Below, in pieces: positions 1-11,337 of a stretch of 64,000 nt of DNA. The notes beneath the pieces are model-generated. The model saw only the letters and a program-made list of their open reading frames with translations. It ran no database searches and was not told the origin of the DNA. The position numbers were made by a program, and so were the translations under genes. The DNA comes from Bugula neritina (lineage: Eukaryota > Animalia > Bryozoa): NCBI GenBank assembly GCA_964035545.1, contig OZ037767.1, forward strand, positions 26,242,628 through 26,306,627. The letters are read 5' to 3'. Numbering within the stretch: position 1 is the first letter of the stretch; the number at the start of each line of letters is the position of its first letter.

Positions 1-49
1 AAGAGAAGTTAAAGTATCAAAATGGAGTCAGCAGTGAGAGTTGGCAGAT

Positions 50-1762
50 TTATCTTCTGAATTTCCTCGCTTTCTTAGCACTTGGTTCACCACTGTGGGA
101 GTGCAAGTACTCTATGCACTTAGTCGATTTGCATTGCTGTGCCTGTAATTGTCAAGTTAAATATGCTACAGCATGAACCCTACTCTGTAAAACCAAATTG
201 CTAGAAAATCTACTCTACAAAGTTTGTAACATCAAAATGGCTTCAATTAATAGCAAATGCTTAATTTTGTAAACTTGATATCAAAACAGAAATATTAGCT
301 AATTTTATGGATGTGAAGTGACATTTGGAATTTAAACTTTATAGACAACGCTTAGCAGAGGCTAAAAAATAAAGATTGCATTGAATGAATTGACATCATT
401 TATATATGGGCACTCTTATATATTTCTGATGTGTTTAAATATATTATAGTGTACTTGCAAGCAGTCAAGCACTGTGTTTCATAATATATACTACACAACA
501 ACATACATTGATTTTTGCAAATGTTGTTTCTTATAACTTTTGTCAGATTTTGCAAAGTAGGTGCAGTAATGGAGAAATTGAGAAAAGCCTGTGTTCTAGA
601 TTAGAAATTTAGCATGAGAAGCTATGTTCTCGAGAGAGTTTCAACCCGTGATCCAAACCAAAATGCAATAACAAAGTTAAACAACTTAGGCTATCCCAAT
701 TTCTTCACCACTGCACCTAAATAGATGGTACTTGTGTGTAAAAATTAGTAAAAATTTTGCTTTACCATTTCTAAAGGCGTCTTGGAGCTGTAGTCAGCAA
801 CTGTCATGGAGGCACCAGCAGCAGCAAATGCTTTCAACAGATCCACATCATTACGAGCAGCAGCTCTAGAATGAAAATAGTTTTCACTGAACAAGAACAG
901 AGTTCTGCTATCTGAAAACATCAGAGCAGCAATGGCTGAGAAATGGATGAGAAACTCGACTATTTAGGGAGCAAAATAAAGCGTAAATTTGGAGTAATAT
1001 CTAAGCTTTTGAATCAACCTGTAGCTGAGATTTACTAGTTTAATAACACTGACTTGTTGAGCTCAACTCCGAGTTCCGTTGAATCCATAGTCAGGTGAGC
1101 TCCATGTCTGGACAACAACAGAACATTCTCCATCTTTTTGGATTGTACAGCTTCAAAAAGTGCAGATCTTCCCAATCTACCAGACAAGAACATGCAGTTG
1201 TATATTATCAACATGAATTTTTTCTAACTTCTTAAAGTTCTTCAAGAATAGATATTGCAAGGGTTTTTAAGATTTGTATTTGGGCAGGAAGCAGGAGCTG
1301 CATGAAGTGTTCAAGTAGTAAAACAAAACAGTTCAGCACCTATTGCATATAATTATATTTTCAGATTCTACATTTCTTATTAGGTAGTTGAGAGGGGATT
1401 CCCAACTGTGGTTCCTATAGGACAATAGAGATAATTTTTGTGTACAAAAAGGCAAGGAAGAAAAAAATATCTGATTAACAGACAATGGATAAGGAAAAGA
1501 GTAAGATAATAATTAGGAGAAAAGAAAGAGCAAGAGTAAGGTAATGATCAGAGCAATAATTAAATTATCATATTATATTATGTGAAACTAGAAATGTGAA
1601 AGGTTGTAGGTAAGGTAAGAATTGGGGCAAGATTAGAGTGTAAAGATAAAAGCAATAGCATGGAATTCGATAAATATGAATTCAGGAATGGAGTATTGGA
1701 AAATGAAAAAGCATAAAATTAAAAGAACAAGTGGAGAGAGAGTGGGGGAGGGAGAGGGACGA

Positions 1763-1860
<98 letters not shown>

Positions 1861-4800
1861 GGGGAGGGGAAGAGAGAGAATGTAGAATCATGAGGTTATA
1901 TTTAGCTTACCGATCTCTTGTCTGAACTGAGGCCCCTTTCTTTATGAGATCTTGAATTATGTCCGTTTTACCTTCTATTACAGCAAAATGCAAAGCTGTT
2001 TTCCCCTCACTGTCTTTGAGTTTCAAGACTCCAGGCTAAAATACAGTATTGTGTGCTATGAAAATATTATAGTATTACTGAGTTAACAAGAGAAATTATT
2101 TATGATGCAAGTCAAGATAGGAAAATGCTGAGGCAACACTTCTTTATAGACTTTGAATGTTACTGTATATCAGACCAGTGTCTAATGGTATTGTACCTCT
2201 TTTTTGCATATGTCTTCAATTGCACTCTTGTCTCTCTTCTTGATAGCCAGTTGCATTATGGGAAGGTAGACAGCCTCTTTCAAGTCAGCAGTGCTCTAAA
2301 TTATATGTCACTCATTTTACCCAATGGAATTTCAAACACTGATTCAAATAAATTATGACTCCCTTATAAATTGTTTCCCTTTAAAACTTGTTATCTTACA
2401 GGCACATGAACACAACGTTTCTATAATCAAATAGGATTTGTTTTGCACTTATGTTTCGTATATTTACACATGCTATAAGTGACTTCTTACCTGCGCTGTT
2501 CTGGCGAGAGAAGATTCAATACCAACAGCTGACAATGTTTTAGCTACAGCTTTACTACCAGTTGGTGCTACAGTCAGCTCTCCTCTTAGATCTACTGCCA
2601 TTTGCTGGGAAAAAACATAGTATGAAGTTATTATTCTTGGGAGGCAATAATATGTATACATGTACACACACACGCACACGCACACGCATGCGCGCCCACA
2701 CGCGAACATGCACAGACACACATCATACACATTGTACACACCATGCATATCATGCACATCATACACATCATACACATTGTACACATCATACACATCATGC
2801 ATATCATAATATACCTCTTTAATATCATCTGGAGAACCTGGATATTTAGTAATGAGGTAAGAAAGCTTCATAAGAGATGCCTCTGTAGTCATATCTCCAC
2901 CAGCAATAACCCCAATGCCCTCCAACACCTGTAACATAGCGTAATATTTTATTATACATTGTACATTTCTACAATGAAGCAATAAAATGCAATGCAAAAC
3001 TAAATATGATAATATTGTGTTTTCGAATATCACATTGCTAGCATCTTTAATTTAATTAACCATGCACCCAAGCACACAAGTTTTATATTTCAATAAATCA
3101 TATGTTTCAAACATTTCAATAAAATTAAATATGTTCAGATTATATTGCTTATTTCAACTAATGCCCACCCCTTATGACTTCTACCTACCGCTCCAGCTGC
3201 ATAGCTAAAGACCACGCCTCCTTTCAAGCACTGAGTGTTGTCCACCACAACAACGCCACTTGTCACTGCATCCTCAATTGCATCCAACAAGTCTTGATTG
3301 TTGCTTGGAAAGTTGCCTGCTCCATAGCACTGTAGGACAACTCCTATGCAGATATAGATTATAATATTATCATTTGTTTAGTCAGTGTAATATTATGTCA
3401 AAAAAACTAACTTGGGTTAAATTACTTTTCTTAGAAAGTTGTTAAGTTATGCTATGCATTGTGTATGAATGCTAAAACCATACAGAAAAGAATTGTTATG
3501 GATGGCTTTAGCATTTATACACAATGCATAGCATATCTGAACAATAATATCATTGATAATAATAATATTAATAATATAATAATAATCGTATTTAAATAGC
3601 TTAATATTTTTGAGTCATAAAATAAAGCCCAACTAAAACTTCTATCAAGGAATTGTAAAACTCTTTGTACAAGTTTATTTTAACATTGGGTCATGCATGG
3701 GCACTACATTTTTCCCAACTTCACAAGTAATAAACAATCAAATTTTAAAAAATTGCATTGTATATAAGCATGTTTTACAACTGTATAATAAAAAGCATTA
3801 AACAATTTTCTGTGTATAGAGAAATTATTTTGTATCCCAGATGTACTTGGCTGTGCCCTAAGATATTTGGAGGTGTGTAAGAGCTACCATTGTTCGTCAT
3901 TGATCCTAATGGACATAGGAACATGCATGTAATTAGAAAACAAACCTTGGACAGGAGAAGCGAGTGCAGCTGTAAGCAAGGCAAGAGACATATCAGGGTA
4001 AAGTCGGACTACAGCGATGTTGGGAGAAATATCTACGTAGGTAGTGAAAGGAGTACTAGAAGGCTCCAGGATAAGGTCTTCATCCACTAAGGTTACAAAG
4101 AAGCACATGCAATATTTTAGAGACAGTCAAAACTTTAATGTAGGAAGTCATTTAATTGTAGAACCTGTGTTAGATATAGTTTTGTTATTTCGAATATGAG
4201 ACAGATTTTACAAATTCTGTTGCCACTTTATAAATATATATGTATGAGTATAAGTATAATATTAAGAATTATCGCATCAAATATTGAATATGTTGTGATG
4301 TGTTACCTGAGATGTTGACCTCAACCTCTCCAAGAACTGGAAAATTAGGAGATGCGTAAGCTTCCAGAGTTTCAGCGGATATCTTAGTAGTTCTGTTTCC
4401 TCTCAGTAGTTGAGAATCAAAAAACAAACACACCTGAAAACACGAAAACATGCCTTTTTAAACAGTTGCCTACAAATCAAATGTACTGAGATTAGCATTA
4501 GTTTTTGCCCTTGTTGGAATGTGCCAAAAGCAAGTTCTATAAAATATTGAGAAACAAATGATTTGCTGCATTAATATAAAACGCAAGTTTTTTTGTAAAA
4601 GCTTGATAACAGGTTTTGTGGGTGTCAGTGTGATACCTCAGGGATGTCAGAGTATTGGCCTGCCATCAGCAACGAACCAGTCAGGTTATCTCTAGCATCA
4701 GTTCTGGTTTCATAGATTGGGATCTGAGATCCTGCAGAATATATTTGAGTTTTGGATTAACATTTGTAAATAAATCATTACAATTAGTGTGTGACTACAT

Positions 4801-6798
4801 GTGCGTGTGCGAGTGTGCAGGTGACCAAGAAAGTACAAAAGCATCCCCAAACAGCAACAATTATTTGAAAAAAAAAGATTATTTTGAAGCTACTTTTAAA
4901 GCAAAACATAAACTTGTACAAATAAACTCACCGGTTATAATGACAACCTTCTTTAAATTTTCCAGCGAAAAAGACAATCCAGATGCGCTGTAGGCCATAG
5001 TATCAGTTCCATGAAGAATGACAAAGGCATCATATGCACCATAGTTAGTCTACAGCACACAGCCTTATATTATTGCATAATATTTTAGAATCATTTGTAT
5101 AATGCAAATTACACACCAGTAAATGATAGAAAAGTGAAGAAACTATTAAACTAAAGCACCTGTATTTACTATAAATTATTTTCTTGTAAATTTTAACGTG
5201 TATGGTTATATTGGTTATATTACATATTTTATGAACTTGTTATTGAGTGTATACATGTATATATGTAAGGTAAATGCTGGAAAGCATAATTTTGCATAAA
5301 AGTTAGCCAAGAAATAAAATATTTCATACATTCAAAGTTTGAATGATATTTTCTGCTGAAGTGGTCTAAATTATTTAAGCGGTCAGTTGGAATAGCTGTG
5401 CTACAAGCCTCACATATATCAACATAATGCTACGCTTTACAGTATACAGCAGATATAGCAGGTTGACCCAAGTAAGAACTCATGCTAAGATCTTTGTAAC
5501 CTTATTTTGCTAGGAATATTATGTTCACTCACAGAGATGGTGTCAGCAATTTGCATCATCACATCAGTAGTCATGTTGGAGCTGTCCAATAAGTTGGTAT
5601 ACTCATACATGGTGTAAGTAAGATAGATGGGATTTTCTTCTGTCGTATCTTTTGTTATTATTCTAAAATATAGTATAAACAGGTCATATATTACCTAATT
5701 TAGTACACACATATCTCTAGCTTTTAGCTATTCGTCAAAACTTTTCTGCTAATATATATGTTTTTTTGCACTAAACTAATAGAATATTAACAAACCAAAC
5801 TAAATAATTAAAGTTATTTTCTAATTTTGATTGATTTTCTATATTTTTCTTAGTTTTTTTAGTAAATTGGAATATGCTGAGAATTATGGTTATTTCATAA
5901 CTTCAGCAATCACATTTTAACTACTAATATGGCAATTAAATGCACTTTATTGTTGTAGGTTTCCCTCTCGGCCTTTTTTTCTATACACATTTGCAATAAT
6001 TAATCATAAAAAATACCACAACCTGTTAAATTTGTATGATTTTTGACTAATTTCAATTAATGGTATTCATTTGCTGGTGCATATGTGTACAAGATAAAGT
6101 ATAAAGTGACCCAATTTACCTGTTCATTAATTAAATACAGATTTTATTGGCTTATTAACTTGCTAATTATATTCAAAAAAGTAGTTCAAGTAAAATAATG
6201 TTTAGACTTACGGCATATACATGGGGTCATACAAAGTGCCCGTATCATCTGTAACTCTCTTGTTTGGCAATTTCTTCTTTGTTGTGGTTGGAGGAACGTA
6301 GTCAGAGTCATTGAACAGTGAACTGCTATATAGGTATTCATATAGCTTTCCAGGCACATTATCGTATTCTGAAAGTACAAGTAAGTAAAGAGTATTAGCT
6401 TCAAATTGTTTACTAACAATATGCAGTGTCCTTTTTATTGTTTTTATCATATAATTTGTTAAGTTTTAATGTTAACTCATACTTTTTAATGAAGATATAA
6501 TTTTACAGAAGTCAACATTCAACAATTATATAAATCAGCTAAAGATGCTTTTATTAAATTAAAACTCTACATATATTTTGAGAAGAAATTTTTATTGTTC
6601 AAGAAAACTAAACAGTTTGCTACAAAATTGCCGCATTCTTAAAATCTCACCTCCGTCATCATTGGGAACCATCCCTATCGTACCGCCGGTATAAATGAGC
6701 ATCACGTGTCCATAGCTAACTGAGCTGTCACTCAGAGAAGTTGTTTTCATGGCATGCGCCCTCTTTGTATTCTGTGTTCTCGATCTGACAGAAGTCAT
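50..6798 (-). CDS. ASPG: Type I L-asparaginase with C-terminal ankyrin repeats (60 kDa lysophospholipase-like), copy A; 15 coding exons, about 612 aa
   Basis: Exons (GT-AG, phases consistent): 6651-6798, 6212-6368, 5533-5662, 4932-5049, 4637-4731, 4307-4433, 3946-4086, 3189-3343, 2815-2928, 2491-2604, 2197-2295, 1911-2035, 1054-1176, 766-865, 50-142; total 1839 nt, no internal stops. Asparaginase motifs [48 protein letters not shown]; ankyrin motifs [23 protein letters not shown]. Confidence 0.95.
558..719. mobile_element. Short MITE-like element in ASPG-A intron 14
   Basis: 23-bp imperfect terminal inverted repeats (taggtgcagtaatggagaaattg ... caatttcttcaccactgcaccta). Not recognisable in the same intron of ASPG-B. 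Related decayed copies begin near 8157, 30083 and 34930. Confidence 0.6.
1764..1858. repeat. (GA)n microsatellite in ASPG-A intron 12
   Basis: Directly visible; a shorter, degenerate version lies at about 23800-23850 in copy B. Confidence 0.95.
2720..2810. repeat. 9-bp minisatellite (CATCATACA-like) in ASPG intron 9
   Basis: Tandem 9-mers; homologous array at about 24660-24770 in copy B. Confidence 0.8.
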
Positions 6799-9700
6799 TA
6801 TTTCAATCTTTCTATAAAGCTAAGTTTAAACACCTCAAGCTTTGACAGCGAAGTATGTTGTAATGACTCAGATTTGAATGCCTGCAAACATTTATGCAGA
6901 TGCCAAGAAGCACAATAACAAACCTGATCCAACCCGCCAGGGATGTTTTGTTCAAAAAGTTTATAAGTGGCAAGAAGCTTTTGTATGCAGCTTTAGAAAA
7001 TTGACCGAGTTTTTGCGCAAACTGGCTATATAGATGAGTTATAAATAAGAAATGTTTTTGTCTCGCTAGAACAACAGAAAGTAGAGCTGCACTTGAGCAA
7101 TGTTTACTGACGCAGACAGAGACTATTCATTCTTAAAGATATCACCTCCCCGGTGTTTTGATTAAATGCTCTTTGTGCATTGATGTCTTCAAGCAATTAT
7201 TCGTGTTTTTTAAAATCGATATTTTACTGAATGCACAACATCAAGTTTCTGCCTGGAGTTTCTTATTTTAGATCCAACTATGTAAATAGCTAACTTTTGC
7301 ACTCAAACAGTGTTTACATACTTCTTAGCTATTGATCTTACATGGCTTCTCATTTTTTTGTTTTTCATTTAGTGCTTTTTTGAGTTAATATATCAGCTGA
7401 TCAAAACAGTTTAACAAGCTTTCCACTTGATTTATTGTTGAAACCTTGCTTATTAATAACATTCCAAATAACTCAACGCCAATCAGAACTGTAATGTACC
7501 CAGTGACCACGATTCAACCTTCCTTCAAGGCTTTACAATTTAAATAAAAAAAACTTTGCAAACTAATAGTTTTAAAAAAATATATTTACTGTTTGCAAAA
7601 ATATTTTGAATGTTCTATGTTATTAAAATAGGTCAATATGATAAGAAATATGCTTTTCTCACCAAAAATGCATCAAACTTTAATTGTGTGCATTATTTAC
7701 GAAATCAAACAATGTAGAAGTTCAAAATGCTTTTCTAACAGTGTTATTTTTTATCAAACAATAGATATACCATTAGATAAAATAGTCTGTATAATGTCTA
7801 TATAATAAGTACAACTGCCCAGTAAAAACAAACATATTTAATTAATTACACTTCAAAACATTGACATTTTGTAAATTTCTTCTTGAAAAATAGGCGTAGC
7901 CTTGGAGAGCTGAAGGTTGCATAATTGATTTCACTTAAACTTATACCAAAAAGCTATAATTTTAAAAAGCTATTTATAAACTAGTCATATACAAAGAAGT
8001 GTGATCTTGAAACTCAAATGCACATTAATTATTAATTTCATTTAGTTGTTGTTCTGTTACACCTCCTTCAATGCCAAATATTGAAAATAACTAGTTTAAT
8101 GATCATAATACTAGAGTAGCCAGTAGAATTTACAATGTTATGCATGTAGATAGATATGGTGCAGTGATGATGAAATTAAGAAAATCCTGTGTTCTAGATC
8201 ACAACACTTTTAAAGATATAGCAAGAGAAGATATGCTCTCATTAGAAGTTTAACCCAAAATGACTTAGGAAAATTAAAGAACTTATTGGGCCATTGAGTT
8301 TTCTCCTGTGCAGCACTTAAATTGGTATGTTTTGCACAACATGTTTTGCACTTTTAATCATCTTTGAATAATTAACGGTTTTTGAATTAACTAAGCAGCT
8401 AAAGCGTGCAGTAAACAAGTTTCCTGGATTTTCATTGAATAGAAAAACTTTCTTTACAAATGAAATTTTTATGTCGAAAATACCTGCAGCTGTGTTTTTC
8501 ACAAAAACAACATGATGTTGACAGGCCGTAAGACATCAACTAATGTACAGTGTTGAGTTACCAATCTTTCTATTAGCACAACACTTTTGTTTGCCGGGAA
8601 TTGCATGCAAAGTGCTTTTGCACTGAATACCAAGCCCCTGACACTGAGGCAATGTCAGATAAACACAAACTGGCTGCAAATTTTAGCTCAGTGATTGTAA
8701 ACAATGGTATGAGCTAAATTCCATGAATCTTAGCTTTTGTTCATTAGCTTTTGCACTAAACACTTTCCAAATACAGGACTAAGTATGAATAGGGAGTTTT
8801 GTAAAGCTTAATCAATGAATAAAAACATCTGTATTTATACATGCGAGATCAATAAGTTTAGTTTAGTGACGCAAACAATGTCAGCCAGGGTTGTTAAGCA
8901 TTTGCGTGCAGAATCTTTGCATTAAAAATGATTATAAGCAGGTTTCATCATTGCATGTTTCACGCTTTTATAAAAAATAAACTTTATTTTTGCACCTGAT
9001 ATGTAAGTGAATATTTAGAAGTATCATCTTTATAATCACTAAACTAGTTTCAATAAACGGATGTCCTCAGAAATAGTGTTAGTCATCAGCTAAAGTGATT
9101 ATTTAGTCGAATTACTTAAGAAAAGTCGCAAAGGATTAAGTATGGCTATATATAATAGCTTTCTTATAGCCGGAGGTAATTAGTTTGCATACAGTAAATT
9201 GGCCAGTTGCTGCTGATGTCATTTACTGACTTTAAGTTTTTAGTTTACTAAATAAGCCCAAAGAAAATTATGCAAAGATTCAAAGTTGTCTTTTTTGCGT
9301 AACTTGTGGCGTACTAGATAAACGAATAACGGACAAAAGCCTTAACAAAGTCATACAGGTCAATCATTGCTAAAGTTAGCACATTTCCAGCCTTATTAAC
9401 ACAGCAAATCTGTATATTATACAAATTTACGTTTACTTTACTTATTTACATATTTAATTAATTTACTTATTAATATACTTACAGTTACTTTTAAATCTAT
9501 ATAATAATATATCTCTTATGTCAAATGGATGCACTTTATTTTTTCCTCCCCTTTTACAAATGTGTTGTTAGTTTTGCTAAACATTTTGCATTGACTAAAA
9601 ACAAACAGGATGCTTATTTATAATATTATATTTTTATAACAAATACAGTCAAGGTTCATTGTTTAATCCCGCTTTTCAATTTTTAGTTTCTCAGACAAGG

Positions 9701-10029
9701 TCTTTCAGCATTTTTTAAAAACATAAGCACAAATAATAAGTAACAAAGCATGTTTTTCTTAAGATCTGAAACTAGTTTCTGAATGGAAAAAACAAGTCAT
9801 AATTGTTCATTAGACTGTCTTCAATAATATGTTTACCCTATTTTTTAAAGTGACGTAGTCTATTCTGTCAAAAAATATTTATTAGCGTTAAGTGAAATCA
9901 TTATAGCAAGGAATTTGACCAAATGTTGAGGTTACTATAGTGTATGAACAGGTAACAATTTTATCGCAACTCCCAGTTCTGGTCAGGTATTTTACAGTTT
10001 ACATTGAGCATTATTATTATTATTATTAT

Positions 10030-10220
10030 TTGCTGATGACACCAGTGTTTCCTCCACAGATATTATGGACTTACAGCACGGAGTTAACAAAATTAGTCAA
10101 TGGTGTGTACTCTGTGTAGCAAACAAACTTATTTTAAATTCACAAAAAACCTTGCCTATGCATTTCATGAATCCCAAAAACATTTTTTAAAACCGTTTAA
10201 TCTTATAGTTTTGAACAACA
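10030..10220 (+). mobile_element. Fragment of CR1/L2-like LINE RT (FADDT region)
   Basis: Matches the reverse complement of about 51130-51312; also present at about 35453-35640. Confidence 0.7.
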
Positions 10221-10725
10221 TACCTATGTCAATCTTTAAGAGTACTCATACTGTATGAGTACTCCTAAAGATCGACCACCCTGCTGTATGCAAGCTGAGT
10301 CATACTCTTGGGGTAGACATACTGATCTATAGCCTAGCATGCAGTGGTGCCCAGTGTGTTGATATGATAATATGATAAGTTTAAACAAAAGTCAAAAATG
10401 TTTGTTAGATATGATTGGATATTTTAAAAAGTAAAGTTATCTGACCACACTGAAGGCCTAGATTTCTTAACCCATTATGAATAATTTAGTAAGCAAATTT
10501 CTCAATTTCAAAGTTTAAAGGTGCACACTGTGTGTAATGCTAGTATTATATAATATATCTAATTATTATACATGTACTGGTTAAAATGTTCTAAGTCTTA
10601 GAATTATTTACATGGTACCAGATGAGGTGATATATCAGCATTTTCTAACTCCAACCATCACAAAATCTGATCAAAGTATGCAACTTGAATGCACAATTCT
10701 ATTATGTCCACATTTTAATATTAGG

Positions 10726-10911
10726 CCAATAAAAGCAAGTCTGTGCATGTGTTCTGAAAATTTATTGGCTGACTGAACCATGAACATGTTTTATTGGTTG
10801 ATCTGTTTAAATACACATTGTGCAAGTGCCTGATTGTATGGTATATATATATTTTTTTTACTTACTCAAAATTTATTTAAGCTCACAGTTAGCCACTTAG
10901 CAGCATCAGGT
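10726..10911 (+). promoter_or_regulatory. Putative NTAN1-A promoter: three CCAAT boxes, TATA-like tract and donor of a non-coding first exon
   Basis: CCAAT 10726-10730, ATTGG 10764-10768 and 10793-10797, TATATATA about 10842, CAG|GTAG donor at 10910, acceptor TTTCAG at 11314 before the ATG. The same arrangement is kept at 36143-36329 and in the more diverged copy at 51991-52175. Confidence 0.6.
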
Positions 10912-11337
10912 AGACAGTGGTTTATTTTGAATAGCAATTATTGTTAACCCGCATTTACTTCATAAACAGTTCACCATTTATAAAATTTTGAAGCACAGTT
11001 GTGCAGAAATATTTGACTTATAATAGGTTTTTATGCAAATATTTTAATTTGAGTTTAAAGATGGTGGTAGTGTTATCTTAATTATTCATGTCACACCTGT
11101 TTGGATAAATCTTAATTCTAATCCCACTTACTTTATCCAGTTTCTCTTTTCTGAATTAAGCTTTAAATCATGTTTTCTAAACTTATTTTTTCCTAATTTG
11201 CTGAACAAATGAACCTTGTTGTTACATAATTGGATAAGATAGAAAACTTCTTTTAATCAATGAAGTAGGAAAATTATCACAAAGCATCTTACATAAAATT
11301 ACTTGTTGTTTCAGTCAGAGCCCAACATTGCGCAGCC

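Noticed and set aside
1676-1925. RE/SL-repeat ORFs (also 18768-19267, 19788-20109, 39188-39736, 47339-47612)
   Set aside because: Translations of stop-free microsatellites in introns or intergenic DNA; only the short exon 5 part of 39188-39670 is real.
2473-3033. 186-aa ORF reading through ASPG intron 9 with YDV repeats
   Set aside because: Canonical splice sites flank the repeat and the frame is not preserved across the intron in copy B; the open frame follows from the 9-bp unit.
8317-8502. Small ORF seen three times (also 30241-30432 and 35087-35305)
   Set aside because: Recurrence is explained by the duplications; start codons are non-ATG or inconsistent and there are no recognisable motifs.
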